Under the pieces are notes generated by a model, which made no database searches, was not told where the DNA came from, and saw only the letters and a list, made by a program, of their open reading frames with translations. This document shows, piece after piece, positions 48,711 to 58,184 of a DNA stretch of 64,000 nucleotides. The position numbers and the translations under genes are program-made. Every line of letters begins with the position of its first letter. The first letter of the stretch is position 1. Location of the stretch: positions 18,651 to 82,650 of the forward strand of contig MHHQ01000005.1 in NCBI GenBank assembly GCA_001817065.1, in the 5' to 3' direction. Source of the DNA: Candidatus Andersenbacteria bacterium RIFCSPHIGHO2_02_FULL_46_16. GTDB taxonomy: Bacteria > Patescibacteriota > Andersenbacteria > UBA10190.

Positions 48711-49901
48711 ATGGATTTAGTTAGAATAAACTTAACGAACTTTAGAAACTTTAGTCCAAAAACTGAAATTGAACTACCGCGGGCTGGTTTGTTAGTGGCG
48801 GCAGCGCCGAACGCGGTGGGAAAAACAAATTTTTTGGAGAGTATTATGGTTTTGCTGAGAGGGAAGACCTGGCGGGCAAGAATTCAGGAATGCGTTAAGT
48901 GGGGCGAAGATAGTTTTTTGTTGGAAGGGGAGATTGAGCGCCAACAGGACAATGATAGCCGGGTGGCGATTCGCTACCATAAACCATCACGTAAAATAAG
49001 GATTGAAGAGGATGGCTTGCCGGCTTCGGTGGTGGCTTTTTATGCCCACTATCCCTTTGTGATGTTTGTGCCAGAGGATACGTTTTTGTTATCGCGCGGT
49101 CCCGCACAACGAAGAAATTTTATCAATCATGTTCTGGTATGTCAGCCTAACTATATAGCTGCTCTGGTGCAGTACTATCGGGTACTGCGGCAGCGTAATG
49201 AAGCATTGAAGAAGGCGCGTAGCGCGGCTGATATTTCGACGTGGACTGACTTACTGGTGGAGTATGCTACTAGCGTGTGGCGCCATCGGGATAATCTGGT
49301 GACTTATTGGAACGACAAAATTAACGAGATGTACCATAGTTTATCTGGTGAAGAGAAGGAGTTTAGTATTAGCTTGGCTTTTGGTACGCGAGACCGCGAA
49401 AGACTGGTGGATGAACTTAATCAGGCTTTTCGCCTAGAGCATCGATATGGCTACACGCTATATGGGCCACACCGGGATGATTTGGTTGTATTAACTAAAC
49501 AAAAGCGAGTGGCAACGGCTTTGTCGGGCGGGCAAATGAAAAGCTTGGTAGTGGCGTTAAAGATATTGTCCCACCGCTATGTGCGGCAGGTGACGAAGGA
49601 AGAGCCGCTGCTTTTGCTGGATGATGTGTTTAGCGAGCTGGACGAGAATAGACAGGTGGCCTTAGTGGAAAATCTACCCAATACCCAGACGATAATAACC
49701 TGTACTGTTTTGCCGGAAGCGTTACGTCGGCGCGAGGGCGTTTATTTATTGGACTTGCGTTCAATTATTCAAGAGAAGGGTCGGGAGAAGAAGTATGTGG
49801 GAACGGGCGTGGCGGGAGAGGCGGCGGTGAGTCCTTTATTGGATGGAGGGGGGAGAGTCAAACAATATCAAACAGAACCGGAAAAAGTGGCGGTAAATTG
49901 A
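48711..49901 (+). CDS. recF: DNA replication/repair protein RecF
   Basis: NFRN, PNAVGKTNFLESI, GPAQRRNF, GPHRDDL, SGGQ, LLLLDDVFSELD. Confidence 0.95.
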   Translation: MDLVRINLTNFRNFSPKTEIELPRAGLLVAAAPNAVGKTNFLESIMVLLRGKTWRARIQECVKWGEDSFLLEGEIERQQDNDSRVAIRYHKPSRKIRIEEDGLPASVVAFYAHYPFVMFVPEDTFLLSRGPAQRRNFINHVLVCQPNYIAALVQYYRVLRQRNEALKKARSAADISTWTDLLVEYATSVWRHRDNLVTYWNDKINEMYHSLSGEEKEFSISLAFGTRDRERLVDELNQAFRLEHRYGYTLYGPHRDDLVVLTKQKRVATALSGGQMKSLVVALKILSHRYVRQVTKEEPLLLLDDVFSELDENRQVALVENLPNTQTIITCTVLPEALRRREGVYLLDLRSIIQEKGREKKYVGTGVAGEAAVSPLLDGGGRVKQYQTEPEKVAVN

Positions 49902-49902
49902 T

Positions 49903-50166
49903 ATGACAAAGAGCCTAGCCGAGATAATGAAACTGTCCCGGGTGGGGATTGATGAGTTTGATGTGCGGTACTGGGTGCAGCGGTATGTGGAGGGTTTGTT
50001 GGGGGGAGGGGTGCGTTGCAGGGAAGTAAAGGGTGGACGAATGGTGTTGGTGGCTGAGTCGGCCTGTTTGCGCCAAGAGCTTTATTTGTTGAAGGAAGAT
50101 CTGCGGGTAGCGGTACAGCAAAACACGGGATATGAAGCAAGAGAGATCGAGGTTGGGTATCTATAG
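49903..50166 (+). CDS. Small protein, possibly DciA/DUF721-like
   Basis: Follows recF; VKGGRMVLVAESACLRQELYLLKEDL resembles the DciA KH-like fold. Confidence 0.5.
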   Translation: MTKSLAEIMKLSRVGIDEFDVRYWVQRYVEGLLGGGVRCREVKGGRMVLVAESACLRQELYLLKEDLRVAVQQNTGYEAREIEVGYL

Positions 50167-50171
50167 AAGGG

Positions 50172-53039
50172 TTAGTCGATTGTGACGGTGTGTTTGGCGG
50201 ATTCGGTGGTGTTGCCTGTTTTGTCATAAGCAATGGCGAAGACCGTATAAGTGCCTGGTCCAGGTGAGTCAGGCCAGATGATTTCGTAGCGGTTGGGGAT
50301 GGTGGAATGTGGGTTAGTAGTGCGTCCGATTCGTTTAGTTCCAGGGTCTCCTTCTTTGGTATAGAGGACGTCGATGATATCAATGCCGCTGCTGTCGTTG
50401 GCGGTTACCTTGGCGGTAAGAGGGAAGTTGGTGGCCTTAAGGGTGGAGCCGTTGGTAGGAGTATGTAAGGTAACAGACGGGGGGCTGTCGTCCGGGTTAA
50501 TAATAAAGGTCCGATGGGCGCGGCCAATCAAATTGTCTTCAGTGATAGCCATAATTAACACTGTTTTGCGACCAGAGAAGGAGGACTCGAAAGTCAGGTC
50601 AGCAGTAAGGGGATCGTCAGGTTTTCTGACGGCTACCTCTCGACCATCAATCAGGAAGCGTACTTCCTTGATCTTTTTAGGAGAATCCACTTCGGCCTTA
50701 ATGGTGGTGGGACTATCGGTCAATACAGTGGTATTAGGTTCGGTGATAGAAACTTTAGGCAAATCCTCGGCATTATGAGTGCCGCATTCTAGGATAGGCA
50801 GGGAGTCGGTATACTGGGGTTCTTCTGGTTTGTCCTTACTTTCCGCATTGTGCTTCAGGCGCCACCTGGTGACGCTTTCCTCCCAGCGGTTGAATTGCCC
50901 GTCGTTTTCAGCGTTAGACGGGGCGGCGCCTAGGGGGTGAGCACGAGAAATATAAAACAATATACTATGAATCTCCTTGAAGGTGGTTGGCCGGCCAATG
51001 GCCACAGGACAGTCTAAAGAATAAACCACATTACTGTCAGGGTCCCATTTGCCTTTAACTTCCGGGATCTCTCCACGCAAAATGGCGTGCGGGACATTTT
51101 TGGTCGGTTCAGGTGGCACAAAGGTTTCGATCGGAGTGCCTTCGAGGGCTTGTTTGAAGAAGGTGTTCCAAATGGGGGCGGCGGTGAGAGAGCCGTCGGA
51201 ACGTTTACCCATAGGTGAGTTGTCGTTGTTGCCCGTCCAAACACCGGCGACTAGGCTGGGCGTATAACCAAGCGTCCATCCGTCGCGAAAGTCTTGGGTG
51301 GTGCCAGTTTTAGCGGCGACCGGTCGGCTACCTAAATTAAGATAATTATTGGGACCGAAGGTGGCGGATCGAGTGAAATTGTCCGACAAGACATTAGAGA
51401 CGGTTCTGGCCAATTGGGCAGTGATGACTTGTTGTCCCACGAGTTCTTCTTGGGTGGCATCAAAGAGGGTTTCTTCGTGGTCGGCTGTTTTGAGAATGGA
51501 GCGAAGGGGCTGGCGAACGCCGTCATTGGCGAAGACACCATAAGCGGAAACCTCGTCTAGTAAAGTAACTTCACCGCCACCTAGAACTAACGACAAACCG
51601 TATCGGTCCGGATCATTTAGTGATGACATCCCCATGGCTTGGGCAAGGTCGGTAGCTTCTTTGACCCCGGCCAAGTACAGGGTTTTTACGGCGGGGATGT
51701 TCAGTGAGTTAGATAGGGCGAACCGCATAGAAACAGGCCCGCGTTCCGAGAGGTTGTAGTTTTTGGGTTGGTAGCCTTGGCCAAAGTCGGTTTCAGCATC
51801 TATCAAAATAGTTTCTGGGGTATAGCCTTTTTTCCAGGCAGCGGCATAAACAAATGGTTTTATAGAGGAACCAGGTGAGCGATGGCGAATAGCTACGTTA
51901 ACATTTCCGTCGATTTCTTCATTAAAATAATCAACCGAACCAGCCATGGCGAGAATGTCACCGTTTTTGGGGTCGATGGCAACCAAGGCGGCGTTTGAGG
52001 CGCCTTGCCCTCGGAGTTTTTCCTGCTGCTTTTTGAGGGTGTCCTCGGCGATTGTCTGCAGCCGCATGTCGAGAGTGGTCGTAACTACCAGGCCGCCTTG
52101 CTCAACAACTCGTTCGCCATATTCCTGATCAAGTTGTTGTTTGACGTAGAAGACAAAATGAGGCGCCGAAATAGCTTCAGCCCGCGGTCGAAAATCTAGC
52201 GGCTCTTGTTTGGCCTGCTCAGCTTCCTGTTCGTTGATAAATTTTAAGTTGACCATGCGGTTTAAGATAGATTCCTGGCGGCTTTTCAAGTCTTCAAAGT
52301 GAGACCCGTACGGAGAGTAGTAGGTGGGTGCTTTAGGGAGAGCAGCGACAATAGTGGCTTGAGCTAAGGTGAGGTCTGCAGCAGAGCGGCCAAACAAAGT
52401 TTGTGAGGCAGCTTCTACTCCATAAGATTGGCTGCCGTAAGGAATCTCATTGAGGTACATGGCCAATATTTCCTCTTTACTGAGACGTTGCTCTAGCTCC
52501 ATAGCCAGAACGGCCTCTTTAACTTTGCGGCGGATGGTTCTTTCGGGGGTTAAGATAGAATTTTTAATTAGTTGCTGGGTGATAGTGGAGCCACCTTGAG
52601 CGCGTGAACCACTTAAGGGCTTGAGGATTACACCACGAGCGATGCCTTTTAAATCAATACCGTGGTGTTCAAAAAACTGATCATCTTCAGCGGTGACTGT
52701 CGCATTAATGAGGTGTTTAGCAATACGGTCTAGCGAGACGGTCGTGCGGCGTACCTCACCGATCTCATAAAGAAGGTGGGTGCCAGTGCGGTCATAGATT
52801 TTGGTGGATTGAACAACTTGTCGTGAATTTATTTTTTGGGGGTCGGGTAAGTCGCGGCTCCACCATAAAACAATTGTGGCAAAGGCAAGTAAGCCAAGGC
52901 CAAGCAACCCCAGAGTAATTGGCACAAGCCGAAAACGTAGGCGACGCAAGGAGGAGGGCACAATTAATTTACCGGGGCGGCGGGTGCGCCGCTCGTGATA
53001 TTTATCAGGCGTTCGATTGGTTAGGCGGCGAATAGCCAT
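50172..53039 (-). CDS. Class A penicillin-binding protein (PBP1A family) with C-terminal Ig-like domains
   Basis: AEDDQFFEHHGID, QGGSTITQQLIKN, RKVKE, YLN, SPGSSIKPF, SLN, AKTGTT. Confidence 0.95.
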   Translation of the reverse strand: MAIRRLTNRTPDKYHERRTRRPGKLIVPSSLRRLRFRLVPITLGLLGLGLLAFATIVLWWSRDLPDPQKINSRQVVQSTKIYDRTGTHLLYEIGEVRRTTVSLDRIAKHLINATVTAEDDQFFEHHGIDLKGIARGVILKPLSGSRAQGGSTITQQLIKNSILTPERTIRRKVKEAVLAMELEQRLSKEEILAMYLNEIPYGSQSYGVEAASQTLFGRSAADLTLAQATIVAALPKAPTYYSPYGSHFEDLKSRQESILNRMVNLKFINEQEAEQAKQEPLDFRPRAEAISAPHFVFYVKQQLDQEYGERVVEQGGLVVTTTLDMRLQTIAEDTLKKQQEKLRGQGASNAALVAIDPKNGDILAMAGSVDYFNEEIDGNVNVAIRHRSPGSSIKPFVYAAAWKKGYTPETILIDAETDFGQGYQPKNYNLSERGPVSMRFALSNSLNIPAVKTLYLAGVKEATDLAQAMGMSSLNDPDRYGLSLVLGGGEVTLLDEVSAYGVFANDGVRQPLRSILKTADHEETLFDATQEELVGQQVITAQLARTVSNVLSDNFTRSATFGPNNYLNLGSRPVAAKTGTTQDFRDGWTLGYTPSLVAGVWTGNNDNSPMGKRSDGSLTAAPIWNTFFKQALEGTPIETFVPPEPTKNVPHAILRGEIPEVKGKWDPDSNVVYSLDCPVAIGRPTTFKEIHSILFYISRAHPLGAAPSNAENDGQFNRWEESVTRWRLKHNAESKDKPEEPQYTDSLPILECGTHNAEDLPKVSITEPNTTVLTDSPTTIKAEVDSPKKIKEVRFLIDGREVAVRKPDDPLTADLTFESSFSGRKTVLIMAITEDNLIGRAHRTFIINPDDSPPSVTLHTPTNGSTLKATNFPLTAKVTANDSSGIDIIDVLYTKEGDPGTKRIGRTTNPHSTIPNRYEIIWPDSPGPGTYTVFAIAYDKTGNTTESAKHTVTID

Positions 53040-53136
53040 AAGGATTAGTTAATGGATAATCCGGTGTAACAATGCTCAACAAGAGACAAGAAAGCAAGTT
53101 TAGATAATTGGCAGAAGAAATTCAAGGGAGGTGTTG

Positions 53137-54444
53137 TTATAGCCTTTTGGTTGGATCGACGAGAAAGCCTTTAAGGTCACGGCGGCCAATAATCATGTTG
53201 TATTTCATATGCGAACGATCGGCAATGAAAGCCTTAGTCTTGATTTGGCGGTCTCGTAGACGAAGGGTGAGTTCAATAACGGGGCGTTTTTCTTTACCAA
53301 GTGCACCTCGGACGGGAACTTTTTTGTCTTGGACTAGGCGGGTGTGCAGGTGGTGTTTTCGGGCCAGCAGTTCATCTATAGTTGTACGCCAGGCACCAGT
53401 GTCTACTTTGGCAGCGATAGTGTGGGAATGACCGTCGGCGTCTAAGATTTCTACGGTTTCATGCACACCTAGAATTAGATGACCGGAGACATCCTCGATT
53501 TCTTGCTCAACTTCTCCCCCAAAAAGATTTTGACCGAGACGAACGCCACGCTCAGGGGTAGACACCGTCAAGTCTTCCACGCGTTTAAGGCGAGAGAGTA
53601 GGGGGGCCATATTGGCGAGCTGGATTTCTAGGCCGGGCTTGGCGTTAATCTCCAGGACGGTGGGACCATCGTCACGGTCGAGGGCGATATCGACACCGGA
53701 GTAGGCTAAGCCAAGGGCTTGGGCGGATTTGGTGGCGAGGAGTAGTGATTGCTTCCAGTGCGGTATGTGAAGGCCCGACAGGTTGAGTCGTGAACCAGGG
53801 AGGTTTTCAATAACATGTCCGCGGTGGATGGCGGTGGTGGTAATGCCACAGGCAAGGTCAATGCCAATCCCGATGCCGCCTGCATGTAAATTGGCTTTGC
53901 CGTGAGACTCCAAGGTAGGCAGACGAAGCATCGCCATAATCGGCACGTGGTTGTAAACAACAATACGTAAATCCGCCACGCCTTGTTTGGAGTAAGGTTT
54001 AAGGTCGGGGTGGTTTTTTATCCGCTGCTCAAAAAGAGCAACATCGGGGATGTTGGACGGGGAGAAATTTCCATCGAGCGTATCAAGGACGTGTTTGCGA
54101 AGCTGGGGGATAAATATTTCGGTTTTATCGGCTTTAACCCAGTTACCTTTTTTGTTGCGACCAAAAATGACGATGATGCCTTCGCCGCCATAAGAAGAAC
54201 GGGGCTTAATAACGAAGGAGGCGGGAAGTTTAGTCCAACGGAAGCGCGCGAGCTCCTGCCGATTTTTAATGGCGGCATAGAGCCGTGGGGTGGGTAGGCC
54301 AGAGCGCTGCAGCAACTTTTTGGTAGCAAGTTTATCCTGAGCAATTTTTGAACCGGTTGAGATGAGGCTGTGTCCAGTATAGCGGAGGGAACGTGCATTA
54401 AGGCCAAGAAGTTGGCGGGAGGTTTTACGGAAGGCGTTTGGCAT
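53137..54444 (-). CDS. ATP-grasp ligase (alpha-L-glutamate-ligase-like) fused to a retropepsin-like protease domain
   Basis: LGLNARS, DKLATK, FVIKP…GEGI, ADLRIVV, ANLHAGG, LEINAKPGLEIQLAN; C-terminal KVDTGA…RPVI…DRSHMKYNMIIGR. Confidence 0.88.
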   Translation of the reverse strand: MPNAFRKTSRQLLGLNARSLRYTGHSLISTGSKIAQDKLATKKLLQRSGLPTPRLYAAIKNRQELARFRWTKLPASFVIKPRSSYGGEGIIVIFGRNKKGNWVKADKTEIFIPQLRKHVLDTLDGNFSPSNIPDVALFEQRIKNHPDLKPYSKQGVADLRIVVYNHVPIMAMLRLPTLESHGKANLHAGGIGIGIDLACGITTTAIHRGHVIENLPGSRLNLSGLHIPHWKQSLLLATKSAQALGLAYSGVDIALDRDDGPTVLEINAKPGLEIQLANMAPLLSRLKRVEDLTVSTPERGVRLGQNLFGGEVEQEIEDVSGHLILGVHETVEILDADGHSHTIAAKVDTGAWRTTIDELLARKHHLHTRLVQDKKVPVRGALGKEKRPVIELTLRLRDRQIKTKAFIADRSHMKYNMIIGRRDLKGFLVDPTKRL

Positions 54445-55978
54445 GGCGAAGTAGTTCGCGGAAGCGGAAATATTCCGTAATGCGTAAGCCGCCCCATTGT
54501 CCGAGAGCGACATTAATTGGAACGGTCAGTAAGATTATTTCTGGATAAGACAGGATCAGGGTGCGGAATAATTCTGAGCTAACAATAAAGTAACAGATAG
54601 TAGAAAGGACGAGTGTCCAGGCGGTGATGGTTAAAGCAGAGCGGACGCCTAGTTTGAATTGAGCAGCAATAAACTCCTCAGCCAAAATAGTGAGAATGAG
54701 AGCAGGAAAGATGGAAAAGGAGAGAATAGAGTTCTGATTATTAGCTACGCCAAACCCGAGAAGGAGCAATAAGCTCAAGCTGACGCTGGTGAGGACTAAA
54801 GCCATACGAGGGAGATACAACAGCCGCAGACGACGAAGCACTGATCGGGTGAGGGTGCCAGAGATGACAATGACAACAAAGACAATCAGGCCGTAAGTTA
54901 GACCCATAACTAAGAAGGAGAGAGTCGTCATAGCGGGAGTGATTAGACCAAACGATTTAATGCCAACAACCTGTCGGGCAAAAGCCAAGATGGTAGCAAT
55001 TACTGGTAACATCAAGATGAGGACAATACTATTAATAGGAATGCCGCGGTTGATCAGGAAGTTGATACCAAAAGACATGAAATTAGTCAGACCTAAGTCA
55101 GACACCGTACGAGCACTAAACTGACCTAAGAGCCGATGTTCGGTGGCAGAGGAGAGAACGACTGTCTTGGCTTCCTCGGGGGTGGTGGTGGTAGAAAGGG
55201 CATCAAGTAGCAGAGGACGAGTAAGCAGGATATAGTTAGGTTGGAGTTGGTCGAAGGCGGACTGAGCGGTGGGGGTAAGAACGCCAAACGGAGTTTCAGA
55301 TAAAAGAACAATACCTTTGTCAGTAAAAGAGGCAGAGTCCTGCGGCAGGTTCTCGGTTGGTTTAATATGTTGGGCAAACTTGGTCAGCACATTTGCGCCC
55401 ACACCACCGGAGGTCCACATGATGATCAAGTGAGACTGGTTAAGAGAGGGGCGCAGATCGAGCAGCTGGCTAGTTAAGTCCTCTTCGATGAGAACTTCTG
55501 GTTGCCCGCTTTTGGCGTGAACTGTGAGTAGTAACACGCCAGCGTCCGCAGCGTGCTGGCGGCTTGTTTCTATCTGGTCGTCTGAGGCGTTATTGTCTAA
55601 AACAAGAACGATCAAGTGATGGAAGACGCGGATTTCTTTGGTGTCTTCATAGATGTTTTGATCAGTGGTGACTTTAAGCTTGACTAAGTAGGAGGCTTGT
55701 TTGCTGTATGCGTGATTTACTTTGCTGCCAGTAGCGCTGGTACCATCACCAAAATCCCAAACAATTCCTTCAACGGTTTCAGAGCCGAGGCTGCTTACTT
55801 GGCTATCAAAACTAAGTGGCTGACCGACAATAGCGTCGCGGGCTGTGCCAGCGCTAATATTAAGCGAGGGTTCATTGGTTGTGTCGGCGTCCTGGTTGTT
55901 TGCTTGGGCAAAGACTAAACCTGGCAATATAAACAAAAGCGGCAGGGACAGGAATAGTAAGATAAGTTTTTTTGGCAT
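54425..55978 (-). CDS. PKD domain + 7TM domain (type usually fused to an inactive transglutaminase)
   Basis: WDFGDGT…HAY; LMLPVIATILAFARQVVGIKSFG…LYLPRMAL…IFPALIL…GQWGGLRITEYFRF. Confidence 0.85.
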   Translation of the reverse strand: MPKKLILLFLSLPLLFILPGLVFAQANNQDADTTNEPSLNISAGTARDAIVGQPLSFDSQVSSLGSETVEGIVWDFGDGTSATGSKVNHAYSKQASYLVKLKVTTDQNIYEDTKEIRVFHHLIVLVLDNNASDDQIETSRQHAADAGVLLLTVHAKSGQPEVLIEEDLTSQLLDLRPSLNQSHLIIMWTSGGVGANVLTKFAQHIKPTENLPQDSASFTDKGIVLLSETPFGVLTPTAQSAFDQLQPNYILLTRPLLLDALSTTTTPEEAKTVVLSSATEHRLLGQFSARTVSDLGLTNFMSFGINFLINRGIPINSIVLILMLPVIATILAFARQVVGIKSFGLITPAMTTLSFLVMGLTYGLIVFVVIVISGTLTRSVLRRLRLLYLPRMALVLTSVSLSLLLLLGFGVANNQNSILSFSIFPALILTILAEEFIAAQFKLGVRSALTITAWTLVLSTICYFIVSSELFRTLILSYPEIILLTVPINVALGQWGGLRITEYFRFRELLRHAKRLP

Positions 55979-55999
55979 AGTTATAAGGATATCTTTATT

Positions 56000-56488
56000 T
56001 TACGCTGAAATGTTATGTAATTGGTATTTATTGTCAACAAGACAAAGTGCGGCGGCTAAAGCATCAGCCGCATCGTCCGGTTGGGGTAGGTTATTTAAAT
56101 GGAGGCGGCCTTGGATGGCTTGTTGCACTTGTTTTTTGTCAGCATGACCGAAACCAGTAATTTGCGACTTGATTTGCAGAGGGGTGAGTGAATAAACTGG
56201 GACGTGATGAAAGCGCAGCAGATAAGAAAACACCCCGCGGGCCTGGGCGGTTAGCATGGCAGTGCTGGTGTTAGTATTAAAGAATATTTGTTCAATGACG
56301 GCCACATCGGGGCGGTATTGTTTAATGAGGACGGATAAGTCCTGACCTAATTGCAGTAAACGGTCGGCGGTGGAAAGGATGGGCTTTGTGGTCAGGCAAC
56401 CACAACTAACAAAAATTTGCGACTGCTTGGTGTTGAGCAGGCCATAGCCGGTGCGTGCTAAGCCGGGATCGAGGCCGAGGATGATCAT
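56000..56488 (-). CDS. ruvC: Holliday junction resolvase RuvC
   Basis: ILGLDPGLARTGYG, IEQIFF, QARGV, TGFGHADKKQV, PDDAADALA. Confidence 0.97.
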   Translation of the reverse strand: MIILGLDPGLARTGYGLLNTKQSQIFVSCGCLTTKPILSTADRLLQLGQDLSVLIKQYRPDVAVIEQIFFNTNTSTAMLTAQARGVFSYLLRFHHVPVYSLTPLQIKSQITGFGHADKKQVQQAIQGRLHLNNLPQPDDAADALAAALCLVDNKYQLHNISA

Positions 56489-56537
56489 AAGAATAGGCGG
56501 TCTAGGAAGTAAGCTGATGCAAGGAAATGATTGGTAG

Positions 56538-57065
56538 TTAAATTGTTACGTCGGTAAAAACTGACCTAACGTCAGGATGGTCTTGGAGGTTTTTAATGAG
56601 GTTGGTTAGCGGTTGTTGGTAAGCGGGATTGCTGGGCTGGATAAACTGGGGAGCAAATTGGCCGAGAGCAGTTTGCTTGAATTTCCATAAAACACTATGC
56701 GGTTCACTGAGAGTGGCTTCGTGTTGGTTGAGCAGATGGCGGATTTCAGCTACGGTGCGTTTGGTGTTGTTGGTATCGACAATAATCAGCAAGGCAGCGC
56801 CACCGGGACCAAAGGCTTCATAAGTCGCCGATTGCAGGGTAGTGGAGGATGTTTTTTGGAGAAGGTTATCAATGTTGTCCTGGGGCATGTTGGCTTGCTT
56901 GGCTTTAGCAATTGCTTCACGGAGCGACGGGTTTTGGTCGGGGTTGGGGTTAGACCGAGTGGCAGCACTGATTTGTTTAGCCAAGCGGGTAAATTGTTCA
57001 CCGCGCTTGCTGTCAGTGACTGATTTTTTATGTTTAATTTGATGCCACTTAGAATGTCCAGACAT
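56538..57065 (-). CDS. yebC: YebC/PmpR family protein, shortened (175 aa)
   Basis: MSGHSKWHQIKHKK, NMPQDNI, YEAFGPGG, TNNTKRT, DHPDVRSVFT. Confidence 0.92.
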   Translation of the reverse strand: MSGHSKWHQIKHKKSVTDSKRGEQFTRLAKQISAATRSNPNPDQNPSLREAIAKAKQANMPQDNIDNLLQKTSSTTLQSATYEAFGPGGAALLIIVDTNNTKRTVAEIRHLLNQHEATLSEPHSVLWKFKQTALGQFAPQFIQPSNPAYQQPLTNLIKNLQDHPDVRSVFTDVTI

Positions 57066-57104
57066 GCCTCAAGTTTAAGATGCGAAAGTAAAAGAGCAAG
57101 CAGG

Positions 57105-57797
57105 TTAATTAGTCGGCGCGGACGATGTGATAATCTCTGCTTGCTGGGCAATAATCAGGCTGTTGATAACTTGGGGGACAGTATTGATGGAGACGAGCCC
57201 AATGGTTGGTCCGTTAATGAAACTGTCGGTGAGACGACATGGTGTCTGGGACTGGAATAAACCGACGGACCCTCGATAGATTTTAGTTTGGCTGATGGCG
57301 ACGTGACTATTGGGCAGGCAACTGATGGCCGGGGAGGCATCGTTGATGGAAACGTGTTGCAGATCAATACTGGCTTGTGGTTGGGCCATGAGGCCAAGCC
57401 AGGTTTGGTTGAGGGGATGTTTTTCGTTGGACTGGAAAGTGATCGGAAGGGTGCTGGTTCCTTGGGCAAATAAACGACCATCAACAACTAGGGCGGTGTT
57501 TTCGGCGGCAAATATTTTAACACCCGGCTCAACGGTAACCGTAACTAAAGGATTAATGCGGGTGGTATTAACTAAGAGATACGGATTATGGCTAGCAGTG
57601 AGAGTTATGTTTTCCCGAATCACCGAAGGCAAGAAGATGCCGGTGGTAAAGAGAGGGGTGTGATAGTCGGGCTGGACAATAAATTCTGGTAAATAGAGAC
57701 GACTTTGCCAGTCGGTAGGAAATTTGTGTTCAATAGCGACAGCGAGCGGGAGTAAAAATAAGGCAAGAGTAATTAAGAGAGTGGGCAGGTGACGCAT
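57105..57797 (-). CDS. Secreted beta-helix-like protein
   Basis: Signal peptide; LTASHNPYL…VEPGV…LVVDGRLFAQGTSTLPITFQS…W.G. Confidence 0.65.
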   Translation of the reverse strand: MRHLPTLLITLALFLLPLAVAIEHKFPTDWQSRLYLPEFIVQPDYHTPLFTTGIFLPSVIRENITLTASHNPYLLVNTTRINPLVTVTVEPGVKIFAAENTALVVDGRLFAQGTSTLPITFQSNEKHPLNQTWLGLMAQPQASIDLQHVSINDASPAISCLPNSHVAISQTKIYRGSVGLFQSQTPCRLTDSFINGPTIGLVSINTVPQVINSLIIAQQAEIITSSAPTN

Positions 57798-58184
57798 AGT
57801 ATAGACATATATATATTACACCAATACAAATTTTTACTGGTGATTTAAGCAGCTGTAAATGGCATGGGTTAAAGGGAGAAGTGAGGAAAATAAGGATATC
57901 CTCGGCTGATAACTGTAGACAGTAGAAGATAAGTATCGAGGCGTTTAGTCGCTGCGTCGGAGACGAAGCCACTGAACCCAACTGGATGCAGATCCCCCTA
58001 ATGATTGCCTACAGTTATCAACAGGGAACTACTAATAATAACGCAAAGGAAGGGTGATGGTCAAATGCGGGGGCGTGACTGACTGGTTGGCGATGGAGAA
58101 GATGGTAAACTGGTCTTTCGGGCTGGAGGTTTGTCACGGAAGAGACTTAGTGTTAGAGGGTTTAGTTATTGTTATACTTAGAAG

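Noticed and set aside
56538..57065. yebC as a pseudogene because it is short
   Set aside because: Both N- and C-terminal motifs are intact in one frame; an internal domain deletion fits genome streamlining better.
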